This document shows positions 1 to 9,631 of a stretch of 64,000 nt of DNA, piece after piece (positions within the stretch are counted from its first letter, which is position 1; each line of letters opens with the position of its first letter). The stretch covers positions 2,131 to 66,130 of the forward strand of contig JAKLIJ010000001.1 of the NCBI GenBank assembly GCA_022709665.1. Direction: 5' to 3'. The position numbers and the translations under genes were made by a program. The notes under the pieces were generated by a model. It made no database searches, had not been told where the DNA came from, and saw nothing but the letters and a program-made list of their open reading frames with translations. Source of the DNA: Bacteroidota bacterium (GTDB taxonomy: Bacteria > Bacteroidota > Bacteroidia > Bacteroidales > VadinHA17).

Positions 1-791
1 CAAGCATAAACGGCCAGGACTGGACCGATTCCCGGACACTGGCTTGCATGGGAGGCCATCTTCAGGTTTCGGGAATATGCAACGGGAGAATTTACACGGC
101 TTTTAATTATTTTCCGGGAGGTAATATCGACCGTCAGACCAATCTATACCTTTTACACACAGACGATTATGGTAAAACCTGGAAAAACATTGATGAGAAA
201 GTAATCGAAACTCCGGTCAGCAATCCGCTCAATGATGCCCTTGTTAAGAATTATGAGGAAGACGGACGCCTCGTCCATCTTTCGGATATTGATTTTGATG
301 CTGAGGGCAATCCTGTTCTTCTCGTCATACTTTCAGGTGATGAAGGTCCGGGGCCAAAGGGAGGACCAAGGGAATGGATAGTCGTAAGCCGGAAGAACAA
401 TAAGTGGAATTTTTCCAAAGTATGTGAGTCGACTCATAATTTCGACAGGGGAGCCCTTTACATTACCCCGTCTGAATGGAAAATTATTGGTCCCACCGAG
501 CCCGGTCCTTTCAGATACGGGACCGGAGGGGAAGTAGCCATGTGGGTAAGCGCCGACCAGGGTGAAAGCTGGGAAAAAAAGATTGACATAACATCTCAGA
601 GCAGGTTCAATAATTCGTTTGTGAGAAAACCAATGAATCCCTCGAAGGAGTTTTATGCCCTGTGGGCCGATGGAAATCCGACTGAGTTTTCCAGGTCATC
701 GCTTTATTTCACGAACGAAAGCGGGACAAAGGTCAGGATACTTCCCTATGAAATGAAAAGGGATTTCCAGCGGCCGGCGAAGGTCAGATGA
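1..791 (+). CDS. BNR/Asp-box repeat protein, 3' part (5' end lies outside the window)
   Basis: The frame of ORF 48..791 stays open back to base 3, so the gene starts upstream of the window. It has two Asp-box motifs (S/T-x-D-x-G-x-T/S-W): HTDDYGKTW and SADQGESW. Confidence 0.75.
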   Translation, partial: SINGQDWTDSRTLACMGGHLQVSGICNGRIYTAFNYFPGGNIDRQTNLYLLHTDDYGKTWKNIDEKVIETPVSNPLNDALVKNYEEDGRLVHLSDIDFDAEGNPVLLVILSGDEGPGPKGGPREWIVVSRKNNKWNFSKVCESTHNFDRGALYITPSEWKIIGPTEPGPFRYGTGGEVAMWVSADQGESWEKKIDITSQSRFNNSFVRKPMNPSKEFYALWADGNPTEFSRSSLYFTNESGTKVRILPYEMKRDFQRPAKVR

Positions 792-793
792 CC

Positions 794-2152
794 TTATTTC
801 AGCTTATACAATCGTTCTGCATTGTCGTGAAAGATCATTCGCGAAATGGTCTTTGCTTCATCCTCGCTGTAATAGCCTTCACCGACCTTTTCTGACAGTA
901 CATCCGAAACTATGTTCCGGGCCAGGATCAGCTCGCTGTAAACATTCTCGACAGCCATGGCATCGCCTCCGAATGCAATAAGCCGGTTTACAGGAACCAT
1001 CTCGAGCCATTGATTAAGATGGTAGCGGGTGTAGGTGGGGGATACCGACCAGGCCCAGTTCATGTCGATATATACGTTCCTGTAATTCTTGGCAATGGCC
1101 GACAGCTCTCCCCCATAGGGGAAGCTGCCATGGTACAGTACAAAATTGAGGCCCGGATACATGGCAAACACATTTGTAAGGTGTTCCGGATTCGAGTTGT
1201 CTATTATCTTCCCCTTTCCTGCCTGGAGCCCCGTGTGAATGGCAACAGGCATATCATATTTCAAGGCCAGGCTCATCAGATGGTGAAAAAGGTAATCCTG
1301 GAGCGGCTTGGCATCATTCATGGAAATCCTGAAATCCATGTCACCGTTGACCAGAGTCCGGAAAACCTTTTTTGCAGATTCCTTGTCGGCTCTGGCAAAA
1401 TCGAGGGTTCTGTAATAGGCTGCAAAAACCTTTACGGCAACCATTCCTTTCCTGACTTCCTTTTCAAAGGCAAGGGTGAGCGATTTTTCAAGATCCTCGA
1501 GTGAATAAATAGGGTCGAGCTGCTGGATCGCAAGAGAGTCAATGCCAAATTTGGACCTTAATATCAACCAGTTATCGAATCGTTTGACGTATTTGACGTA
1601 ATTGTCCTTTCCAGGCATATAGTTTCCATCCTTGATAAGATACCTGATCCGGCACGAATCAAGAAGGATCCTGTCGAACCAGTTGGTTTCGTATGCTTTC
1701 TTAATCTTATCCGAGAGAGGGCCGACGGTAGAAGCATTGAGGCCGTCGATGCCATAAAGATGTTTTATCCCGTACAGGATTATTCTATTGAAGGAAGTAT
1801 TGAATGAGTTCTGCCACCAAGGTTCAATTATCTTCCATTTTGACGCCGGCGGTAATTCTTCATTGAAAAGTTCATCATACAGGGTGTCGGGCATTCCGGC
1901 TGAGATAAGATCGTCATAACCGTTCTGCAGAAGCAGAAGCGAAAAATCGAGAAAGAAACCGTTGCTCAGCATTTCGGGCCCCACAAGATGCTCATGGGTA
2001 TCTATTATGGAAAGTGTGTCTATGTATTTCCTGATACGCTGCTCGAAACCCGGTACCGGAAGCGGTTTTATCCGCAGCTGAGCCGCTGCAGGGGATGAAG
2101 CAGCAAGGATTAGTAAAATCAGCGGGATCCTATATTTCCTCAGGATAAGCAA
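794..2152 (-). CDS. Secreted metal-dependent amidohydrolase-superfamily (TIM-barrel) protein
   Basis: 452-aa ORF with an N-terminal signal peptide (LILLILAASSPAAAQ). It has an N-terminal IDTHEHL metal-binding HxH motif and later His/Asp positions (AIHTG, LYHGS, FGGDA) typical of the Amidohydro_2 type. The specific substrate is not recognisable. Confidence 0.7.
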   Translation of the reverse strand: MLILRKYRIPLILLILAASSPAAAQLRIKPLPVPGFEQRIRKYIDTLSIIDTHEHLVGPEMLSNGFFLDFSLLLLQNGYDDLISAGMPDTLYDELFNEELPPASKWKIIEPWWQNSFNTSFNRIILYGIKHLYGIDGLNASTVGPLSDKIKKAYETNWFDRILLDSCRIRYLIKDGNYMPGKDNYVKYVKRFDNWLILRSKFGIDSLAIQQLDPIYSLEDLEKSLTLAFEKEVRKGMVAVKVFAAYYRTLDFARADKESAKKVFRTLVNGDMDFRISMNDAKPLQDYLFHHLMSLALKYDMPVAIHTGLQAGKGKIIDNSNPEHLTNVFAMYPGLNFVLYHGSFPYGGELSAIAKNYRNVYIDMNWAWSVSPTYTRYHLNQWLEMVPVNRLIAFGGDAMAVENVYSELILARNIVSDVLSEKVGEGYYSEDEAKTISRMIFHDNAERLYKLK

Positions 2153-2233
2153 TCTGTTTATGACAAAATTTATAGACTGCCAAAGCTGGAGAAATATTCC
2201 TGACTAATTATGTAATTAACTTTATTTAACTAT

Positions 2234-2268
2234 GAAAAAAAACAAGGGGCGATGTACTGCATCGCCCC
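2234..2268 (-). terminator. Rho-independent terminator downstream of susD-like gene
   Basis: 9-bp perfect stem ggggcgatg/catcgcccc (2246-2268), followed on the minus strand by a U-run (A-run 2234-2242 on +). It lies 45 nt after the SusD stop. Confidence 0.7.
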
Positions 2269-2312
2269 TGTCTTTATCAACTTACGCTGTTATCAGCGTA
2301 TAAATGTATCTG

Positions 2313-4085
2313 CTAATAGTCGGAATCCTGTTCGATGATACCTTCCTGCAGGTCAATAACTCCCTGATAGATTGGCCAGTATTCATCTTCGCCGGCTTTG
2401 AATGTGGCGCCCTGCATGAATGTCCTGAACTGAGAGTCGTCTGCAATATATGCATTCAGAGTGGATTCAAGTATTCCCCAGCGCCTCAGGTCGAAGAAAC
2501 GATGGTTCTGGGTAGCAAACTCAAGCCTTGTCTCATTCTGTACTGCAAGAAGTGCATTTGCGGGGGTATCGAAGGGATACTGTCCTGCAACATCCGGATA
2601 GGGCTCAACTACATAGTTGGCTGCCGGCTTGGTCCAGTCGACGACAGGATTTGCCTCGAGATTCTTGGTGCTGGTGCAAAGTCCCATAACAGGTGTGCTG
2701 GTCTTGGCACGGTTACGGATCATATTCACGAGATCCCTTGCCATATCGAGGTCGTTATCAGCAATTGCGCATTCAGCTCTCCAGAGGAGGATGCTGGCAT
2801 AGCGTAATGTCCTGAAGTTCTTGCCATTGTAGAAGCCGCTACCATTCTGGTTAAGAGCCTGTTCTGCCTTGGTGTGCATAAAGAGCTTTGACATGTATGG
2901 GCCGCCGTTGTTCTGTTCACGGATCCAGTCGTTTCCGGGGTGGATGCCCCAGCCAAGGAAGTCGACGCCGCGACGTGCAATAATATGGTCGACGCGTGGG
3001 TCGAGAGGATGATCGGTCGGTGTGAAATCGACATTGCTGCCTTTGCCCATATCGTTGGCAAGGGGATCACGCAGAGCAGGATCAAGGACCGGAAGCCCTT
3101 CAGTTGTTGTCTGATAAGCCTCAAAGAGGTTCTGTGAGGGCTGATAGAATCCCCAGCCGCCGCAGCTGGCCGGACCTTTCTGGTGGAAGTTGCAGCCTGA
3201 ACCGTGTACAGCTGAATGAGCTGTCGCAGTTGTAGTGCACTGAAGTTCGAAGATCGATTCAACGTTGTTCTCGTGAGTCATGTCGAAGTTCCATGAAAAC
3301 TCGGGAGCAAGTGAAAAGACACCGCTGGCAATAATATCATCGAGAAGAGGTTTGGCAGCAGTATACTCTTTCTGGTACATGTGAGCCTGTGCTTTGAATG
3401 CCATGGCAGTATACTTGTTTGCACGACCTTTTTCACCGAGATGCTTTTCAGTCGAAAGGTTGTCTATTGCAAACTGCAGATCGGCTTCGATCTGATCCCA
3501 TCCGGCATCGGTGTTGGGAACTTCCTGGGGAGTGATGTCTCCAAGTTCTTCCTGTGTCTTGATGTAAGGGATCTTTTCGAAGATCTTGTTGGCCTGCATG
3601 TGGAACCAGGCCCTGAGGAATTTGGCTTCACCCTCTATCACCTTGGCCCTTGCTTCCGGGATCTTGTCGCCAGTACCGGCCTGTGTCATCCACAGGAACT
3701 GCAGGGTAACATTGGCACGTGCAACTCCGTCGTAGCAGAGTGTCCATCTTTCATTCAGGTAAGGATTGTTTGGAAGAGCCTCATACCTTTCAAGAAGGTT
3801 GAAGTTGGCCTGGTCGCCGGAAGATGTTCCCTTGTAGGCATCATCAGAACAGCCGCCTGCATAGGTCCAGTCGCTGGTCATTGCACCTCCGAACATAGAA
3901 CTACCATTTTGCATCCTCTCATAGGTCCCTGCAAGAAGAGCTTCAACACCTGCAGGTGTCGGCATTACAACTGCCGATCCGACTCCCGGAGGCTCCTTTG
4001 TAAGGAACTCCTCACTGCAGGAATAAATCATCAGCAAGCTTCCGAAAAGTATCGCGATTGTTAATAGTTTGGTTACTCTTTTCAT
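2313..4085 (-). CDS. SusD/RagB-family nutrient-binding outer-membrane lipoprotein
   Basis: 590 aa with a lipoprotein signal ending in Cys (LLMIYSC). It sits immediately downstream of a SusC-type gene. The SusD-like TPR-rich N-half and the C-terminal '...NHRFFDLRRWG' motif are typical of the RagB/SusD family. Confidence 0.9.
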   Translation of the reverse strand: MKRVTKLLTIAILFGSLLMIYSCSEEFLTKEPPGVGSAVVMPTPAGVEALLAGTYERMQNGSSMFGGAMTSDWTYAGGCSDDAYKGTSSGDQANFNLLERYEALPNNPYLNERWTLCYDGVARANVTLQFLWMTQAGTGDKIPEARAKVIEGEAKFLRAWFHMQANKIFEKIPYIKTQEELGDITPQEVPNTDAGWDQIEADLQFAIDNLSTEKHLGEKGRANKYTAMAFKAQAHMYQKEYTAAKPLLDDIIASGVFSLAPEFSWNFDMTHENNVESIFELQCTTTATAHSAVHGSGCNFHQKGPASCGGWGFYQPSQNLFEAYQTTTEGLPVLDPALRDPLANDMGKGSNVDFTPTDHPLDPRVDHIIARRGVDFLGWGIHPGNDWIREQNNGGPYMSKLFMHTKAEQALNQNGSGFYNGKNFRTLRYASILLWRAECAIADNDLDMARDLVNMIRNRAKTSTPVMGLCTSTKNLEANPVVDWTKPAANYVVEPYPDVAGQYPFDTPANALLAVQNETRLEFATQNHRFFDLRRWGILESTLNAYIADDSQFRTFMQGATFKAGEDEYWPIYQGVIDLQEGIIEQDSDY

Positions 4086-4119
4086 ATTGTCTTATTTTTA
4101 TTATTCATAAAAACTACTG

Positions 4120-7100
4120 TTACAGGCCAAAGGAGATCCCGAAGAGGAACTGCCTTCTTGTAGGCCATGCGCCTGAGTCGATACCCATGTTGATTCCTGC
4201 ACCTGAGATCTCAGGATCGAGGCCCGGATATTTGGTGAGTGTAAACAGGTTGGATCCCTGGAAGTATACCTGAAGCGAGCTGAACTTGTTGTTCAGTAAC
4301 CTGTTGAGGTCATAGCCAACTCTTAAGGTCTTCATACGGAGGAATGAACCATCCTCAAGGAATGCCGTCGAAGGCTCCTGGTGAGGTGTGTCGTTCGAGT
4401 AGATGATAGGCATTGTAGCGTCGGCATTGCTCTTAAGATAAGGACTTCCCCATGATTCATAGAGTCTTCTCTTGCTCTTTCCTGATTCAAACTGGGTGTA
4501 GTCGATGAAACGACTTACATAGTTGACGATTTCGTTACCAACAGATGCATAAAGTGTTGTCATTACAGACAAACCTTTGTAGCCGAAGTTCAGGCTGAGA
4601 CCTGCGGTGAAATCAGGATGAGGTGAACCGATATAGGTACGGTCGTAGGAATTGATAACATTATCAGGAACTCCGTCGGGTCCGCTTACATCCCTGTACT
4701 TGAAGTGACCGGCTTTGTTATAGGTTCCAAATGCAGGAGCCCATTCAGCAGCTTCCTGATCGCTCTGGAAGATACCGTCTACTATGTAACCGTAAAATTC
4801 AGGGAAAGCGTGGCCTGTCTGAGTTCTGGTGTAATACTTCTCACGATAGCCTGAGCCCTGGTAGAAGTCAGTTGCAACATCGGTCAGTTTCGTAAGCTCA
4901 TTCTTGTAATGCGAGAAAACGAAATCGGCGCCGTAATAGAAATCACCATTAAGAGCTGTGTTCGAGTAACCGAGTTCAATGTCGAAACCGGTGTTCTTCA
5001 TCTCACCAATGTTGATGGAAGGCCTTGTAGCGGTACCAAGAACAAGAGGCAGCTGTTTCTGATAGAGCATGTCGCTTGTCTTACGCTGCCATACGTCGAA
5101 TACAAGTGTCCAGTGGTTGAGAAGGGATGCATCGATACCAACGTTGGTAGTTGTTGTGGCTTCCCATTTCACATCGGTGTTACCGAATGTCGACTGGTAA
5201 AATCCAACACTGCTGAAGGTGTTGTTGCTTCCGGTCATGCCGTAGCTGGCGCTTCCTTCACTGTAAGCATACTGAGTGTAGCTGTTGTAGTTACCCATAC
5301 GATCGTTACCCACAGCGCCCCAGCCTGCACGGAGCTTTAATTCATTGAGCCAGCTTTTGGTGGAAGCCATGAAAGCTTCCTCGGTCATCCTCCATCCAAC
5401 AGAGAAGGCAGGGAAAATACCGTATTTTTCTGATCCAAAACGGCTTGAACCGTCACGCCTTACAACTGCCTCAACCATGTACTTGTCGGCATAGGTGTAG
5501 TTTGCACGTCCGAACACCGAGAAAAGACTGTAGGCATTGTTGTCGTCAGAGTTACTTATACCGCGAAGACCAGTATTGAGAGTCATGTAATTGATATCCT
5601 TGAAAGTGTACTGTTGTCTTCCGGCAGTGATATAGGTGTACTCGTTGTTGTAAGCTTCGGTACCTGCGATGACCTTTATATCGTGGTCGCCAGTGACAAG
5701 ACCGTACTCAAGAGTGTTCGTCCAGGTCCAGTTCAGAGCTGTTGCGTTCGTCTTGTTAAAGCTGTCGTAGGTTCCCCTTTCCGCATGTGCCACTTCAACA
5801 AAGCCAAAGTCGCTGGTATTGTAGCCGTAATGGTTGATACCTATAAGGGATTTTGCTGAGAGTCCCTTCATGATGTTGAATTTAACAAAGGTATTGCCGC
5901 TTACGTTCATCTGACGGGTATTATCCCACTGGTTGGACCATGCAAGGAAGGCCGGGTTCTGGGAGTTCCCCATGGCTGTAGGCCTTGATCCTGCGAATGT
6001 GGTACCTGATTCGTCGTAAACAGGAACTGCAGTCGGGATTCTGTATGACCATGATACCAGTGAAGATTCGGAGTTGTCGCCCTGAGCACCACGGTCAGTA
6101 GTGTACTGAATACCAACATTGGCGCCTACGTCGATCCATTTTGCAGGTGTTGCTGTTACATTACCGCGGAAACTGTACCTGTCGAAACTGGTGTGTTTGA
6201 AGATACCTTCTTCATCGGTGTAGCCCAACATAAATGCATAAGTTGCATTCTGAGTACCTCCGGCGATATCGAGGGTGTATTCCTTGTAGGCTGCATTCCT
6301 TGTCGAAGCGCCATAGAAATCAGTTCCGGGACTTGTTTTGGTAATAAGGTAAGTGTCATCACCGTCTTCAGCAGCAATCTTGTTGTCGTACAACGACATG
6401 TCGGTACGTGGGTCGCCGTTCATTGCAGCTGTCGGGAAAATATAATCAGGGATAACAGGACTGGCACCGTTTCCAAACTGCTGATGGCTGTAACCTGTAA
6501 TACCTTTGTTTTTGGCTTCGAGCCAGAGCATGTCTGCCCATTCCTGTGTGTTAAGAAGGTCGTAGAATTTGCCGGGAGAGGTGAATCCCTGCCTTACATT
6601 CACATTCATCTGGACTTTCTGGTTTTTCTTACCGCCCTTGGTGGTTATAAGAACAACACCGTTTGCTGCCCTGGCACCGTAGATCGACTGTGCAGCAGCA
6701 TCCTTAAGAATGGTGATAGTTTCAACATCGTTTGGAGAATAGGAACCTCCGGGTACACCGTCAACAACGTAAAGAGGATTGGCGTCGTTGATGGTCGTCA
6801 TCCCTCGGATCCTGATCGTCGAGCCCTCCCCGGGGGTGTGCTGGTTGAGGATGGTCACACCGGCGATCTTGCCCTGAAGACGGGTGATCGGGTTGGTGGC
6901 AGCGCTCTCTGAAAGTTCAGCAGCCCCGACCTGAGACACCGATCCTGTAAGGGATTTCCTGGCCTGGGTCGAATAACCTACCACAACAATTTCATCGAGT
7001 GCCGATAACATTTCGGCAAGAACTACATCAACCGTGTTAAGTGAACCGACGGTCACATCCTGGCTTGTATAACCGATGAATGAGAACGACAGAACTGAAC

Positions 7101-7368
7101 TTGGTCCTGCAACGGAAAGTGAATAACGTCCGTCGGCATCTGTAATAGCGCCGTTAATGGTGCCTTTTTCCAGAATGTTCACACCCGGCAGAGCAGCTCC
7201 CGCATTGTCGGTAACACGGCCGGTGATCTTCTTCTGCTGCATATCGTCAGGATCAGCGCTTGCAGTAAATGCAGGAAGCGTCCCGAGCAATACCAACACT
7301 GTCAAAAGTTTCATGACAAGCCTTGAACTTGTGCGGAATGAAACAATTCGCATGATTTTTTTCGTCAT
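4120..7368 (-). CDS. SusC/RagA-family TonB-dependent outer-membrane transporter
   Basis: 1082 aa with a signal peptide. It has a carboxypeptidase-regulatory-like N-domain (ITGRVTDNAGAALPGVNILEKGT..TDADGRYSL), a plug region (VVVGYSTQ, ITILKDAAAQSIYGARAANGVVLITTKGG) and a long beta-barrel, and is paired with SusD. The start could be one of the downstream Met codons. Confidence 0.93.
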   Translation of the reverse strand: MTKKIMRIVSFRTSSRLVMKLLTVLVLLGTLPAFTASADPDDMQQKKITGRVTDNAGAALPGVNILEKGTINGAITDADGRYSLSVAGPSSVLSFSFIGYTSQDVTVGSLNTVDVVLAEMLSALDEIVVVGYSTQARKSLTGSVSQVGAAELSESAATNPITRLQGKIAGVTILNQHTPGEGSTIRIRGMTTINDANPLYVVDGVPGGSYSPNDVETITILKDAAAQSIYGARAANGVVLITTKGGKKNQKVQMNVNVRQGFTSPGKFYDLLNTQEWADMLWLEAKNKGITGYSHQQFGNGASPVIPDYIFPTAAMNGDPRTDMSLYDNKIAAEDGDDTYLITKTSPGTDFYGASTRNAAYKEYTLDIAGGTQNATYAFMLGYTDEEGIFKHTSFDRYSFRGNVTATPAKWIDVGANVGIQYTTDRGAQGDNSESSLVSWSYRIPTAVPVYDESGTTFAGSRPTAMGNSQNPAFLAWSNQWDNTRQMNVSGNTFVKFNIMKGLSAKSLIGINHYGYNTSDFGFVEVAHAERGTYDSFNKTNATALNWTWTNTLEYGLVTGDHDIKVIAGTEAYNNEYTYITAGRQQYTFKDINYMTLNTGLRGISNSDDNNAYSLFSVFGRANYTYADKYMVEAVVRRDGSSRFGSEKYGIFPAFSVGWRMTEEAFMASTKSWLNELKLRAGWGAVGNDRMGNYNSYTQYAYSEGSASYGMTGSNNTFSSVGFYQSTFGNTDVKWEATTTTNVGIDASLLNHWTLVFDVWQRKTSDMLYQKQLPLVLGTATRPSINIGEMKNTGFDIELGYSNTALNGDFYYGADFVFSHYKNELTKLTDVATDFYQGSGYREKYYTRTQTGHAFPEFYGYIVDGIFQSDQEAAEWAPAFGTYNKAGHFKYRDVSGPDGVPDNVINSYDRTYIGSPHPDFTAGLSLNFGYKGLSVMTTLYASVGNEIVNYVSRFIDYTQFESGKSKRRLYESWGSPYLKSNADATMPIIYSNDTPHQEPSTAFLEDGSFLRMKTLRVGYDLNRLLNNKFSSLQVYFQGSNLFTLTKYPGLDPEISGAGINMGIDSGAWPTRRQFLFGISFGL

Positions 7369-7678
7369 ACTCTTGAGAAGTTAGTTAGATTAGATAATAA
7401 AAAATTGTCCTAAGTAATATTTACTTAGTGAGTAAAAATAATGGAGTCTGAAACTCCCGCGGAATTTAATAGAAATAAAAGGAGTGCTTCATAGGCTTCA
7501 TGGGTTAGGTATATAGGGTACGCCAAATATAGTCGAAACTCCTGAATTGTATTAAATATGTGAAAATTTTTTTTTGTCGGTTGATAATCAGAAGATAAGA
7601 CTTTGAATGTGGTTCCATTTGCACTGAGTACGCTTGTTTTCCCCGGTAGAATAACTAATTTTCAGCTTTAATTTCATT

Positions 7679-8302
7679 ATGACAGCACAGGTTGTTATTC
7701 TGGCCGACGGATCATTTCCGGTGCACCCGGTACCGCTTCTGTACCTCCGGAAAGCACGACACATAATCTGCTGCGACGGCAGTGCAAATTCCCTTACTTC
7801 AACCGGGCTGGAGGCGGAAGCTGTCGTAGGCGACCTCGATTCAATCGACAGGGACCTTGCTCTAAGATATTCCGACCGGCTCTTCAGAGATCCCGGACAG
7901 GAAACCAACGACCTTACCAAAGCTGTCAGTTGGTGCATTAATAATAATTTTAAGGATATTGTGATCGTCGGAGCCACAGGGAAAAGAGAAGACCATACAA
8001 TAGGTAATATTTCACTCCTCGCTGAATACGCAAGGGAGGTAAGTGTTATAATGGTAACCGATACCGGAACTTTTACCCCGCTCCTTATGAGTTCGTCATT
8101 GAGCTCTTTTCCAGGCCAGCAGGTCTCATTGTTTTCTGTAAGTCCCGAAACCGAAATCAGCAGCACAGGTCTGAAATATGAACTTGAACGCCTCAGGCTC
8201 ACGAACTGGTGGAGAGGTACACTGAATGAGACTGCCGGCGATTCGTTTGAGATCCGGTTCAATGGAGGCCCGGTGATTGTTTATCAAAAGTTCAGGGAGT
8301 AA
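7679..8302 (+). CDS. thiN: Thiamine diphosphokinase
   Basis: 207 aa. The layout matches the thiamine pyrophosphokinase catalytic domain plus B1-binding domain: ..ILADG.., CCDGSAN, VVGDLDSI, DQETNDLTKA, IVGATGKREDH. Confidence 0.8.
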   Translation: MTAQVVILADGSFPVHPVPLLYLRKARHIICCDGSANSLTSTGLEAEAVVGDLDSIDRDLALRYSDRLFRDPGQETNDLTKAVSWCINNNFKDIVIVGATGKREDHTIGNISLLAEYAREVSVIMVTDTGTFTPLLMSSSLSSFPGQQVSLFSVSPETEISSTGLKYELERLRLTNWWRGTLNETAGDSFEIRFNGGPVIVYQKFRE

Positions 8303-8317
8303 CATTCGGACTGTGGG

Positions 8318-8388
8318 TCTTGCAGGTCTTGCAGGTTTTACAGGTCTTGCAGGTTTGGGGACTTGCACGACTTGCACGACTTGCACGA
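8318..8388. repeat. Bipartite 9-bp tandem repeat array: (tcttgcagg)x4 then (cttgcacga)x3
   Basis: Read directly. Units at 8318, 8327, 8336 (variant ttttacagg) and 8345, then an 8-nt linker, then units at 8362, 8371 and 8380. It fills the gap between convergent thiN (stop 8302) and the LuxR-type gene (stop 8398). Confidence 0.95.
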
Positions 8389-8397
8389 CCTTCCTCT

Positions 8398-9333
8398 TTA
8401 AATTTCCTCCTTCACCAGGTTAATAAGCTGCACCCTGCTTCTCACATTGGTCTTGATGTATATATGATGCGTATGGTCTTTCACTGTCTGAAGGCTGATA
8501 AATAGTTTTTCGGATATTTCCTTGTTGCTTAACCCGTTGCAAATTTCTTTAATGACGTCTGTTTCGCGTGGAGATATTTCGTATCTTTTACAGAATCCGG
8601 AGAAAGAATCTGCCGGAACCGTCTCCGAGGAGCCCGGAAAGGCAGGAGAAAGGGTACACCAGCTGAAGTATACCGGAAGAAACAGGTTGCCGGCAAAAAA
8701 ACCAAATATGAAAACTATCCTTACCCACTCACCCGATTCCGGGAAAAGCAGGGGAATACACTGCATCATCATTATTGTGAAAAGGACAGGGGCTATGATC
8801 TTCCTGTCGTGATCATGTATAAACATCTGTCCTTTCCATGGAAAATGAATAAGGTAGGCGGCCAGAAAGTAATGAATCAGGTTCATCACAATATAATATA
8901 TACTCATTACACGACCTGCTCCGATGCCTTTATCCCCTGCAATAAACCATACCAGCAGTACCATAACTGCCAGATTGACCGAAAGAAAAACCACGATGAA
9001 CCAGGTCCTGCCGGTTGAAATACCTGATAGACCTCCTGTAAACCGGATAAGCATGTACCAGGCAAATATCAGAAAGGGCAGGCCAAGAAGCATTGCAATA
9101 TCGAGAAGACGCTGCAACAATTCTGCTGAAACCGACTGGCCGAGAAAAAGACTTAAGGCTGCCTGACCCCATATACCGTAAAATCCGAAAGTGTAAATGA
9201 AAACCTGGAAATAGAGAAGCGGGGCAAAAAGACCGGGGCCATACCGGTCCTTCAGCCTTGTGGCCAGAATTATTCCTGCGGCAGCAGCGCCTGCTGCTGC
9301 AATAAAGAGCAGTAAGAAAACAATACGGATCAT
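8398..9333 (-). CDS. Polytopic membrane protein with C-terminal LuxR/FixJ-type HTH domain
   Basis: 311 aa. The first ~240 aa are strongly hydrophobic (about 7 predicted TM segments by eye). The C-terminus ISPRETDVIKEICNGLSNKEISEKLFISLQTVKDHTHHIYIKTNVRSRVQLINL is a classic LuxR-family HTH. Confidence 0.8.
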   Translation of the reverse strand: MIRIVFLLLFIAAAGAAAAGIILATRLKDRYGPGLFAPLLYFQVFIYTFGFYGIWGQAALSLFLGQSVSAELLQRLLDIAMLLGLPFLIFAWYMLIRFTGGLSGISTGRTWFIVVFLSVNLAVMVLLVWFIAGDKGIGAGRVMSIYYIVMNLIHYFLAAYLIHFPWKGQMFIHDHDRKIIAPVLFTIMMMQCIPLLFPESGEWVRIVFIFGFFAGNLFLPVYFSWCTLSPAFPGSSETVPADSFSGFCKRYEISPRETDVIKEICNGLSNKEISEKLFISLQTVKDHTHHIYIKTNVRSRVQLINLVKEEI

Positions 9334-9631
9334 TCTATAAAGATATTCAGATTATCCGGAATGTTTATCACAATTTTCATAGTCTGAAGGAAAGGGATAT
9401 TCTTATGCAGGAATTATCAGCCAAACGCTGAATTATATGGATATGATTGCTGTGATTGTCATTAATTGAGGGTTCCGGGAAAGTAGTACTACCTAAGTAT
9501 TGTTCCAGACCAAAGTAGGAATCTTGAAAAGTCACTACTATAGTTTGGCTTTCATGTGAGGATGAGGGTTTAAATTTGAACTGATATTCAATTTGAACAA
9601 ATTTTCGAAACTCTCAAATCAATAAGTTAAA

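Noticed and set aside
4120-7368. Numerous 60-240-aa ORFs antisense to or overlapping long genes (e.g. 6193..6912, 3381..4064, 2726..3262, 29600..30124, 57190..57726, 54182..54760, 63085..63540).
   Set aside because: They are fully embedded in well-supported genes on the opposite strand or in another frame, have low-complexity or atypical composition, and lack any recognisable motif. They are typical shadow ORFs.
7369-7678. A possible TPP riboswitch upstream of the thiamine diphosphokinase gene.
   Set aside because: I see no CUGAGA...ACCUGAUCUGGAUAAUGCCAGCG-type conserved core. The region looks like an ordinary AT-rich divergent promoter shared with susC.
8126-8505. ORFs 8126..8386 (-) and 8320..8505 (+) with VQV/LQV tripeptide repeats.
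   Set aside because: They are artefacts of the 9-bp tandem repeat being stop-free. They overlap the ends of thiN and the LuxR-type gene and have no start context.
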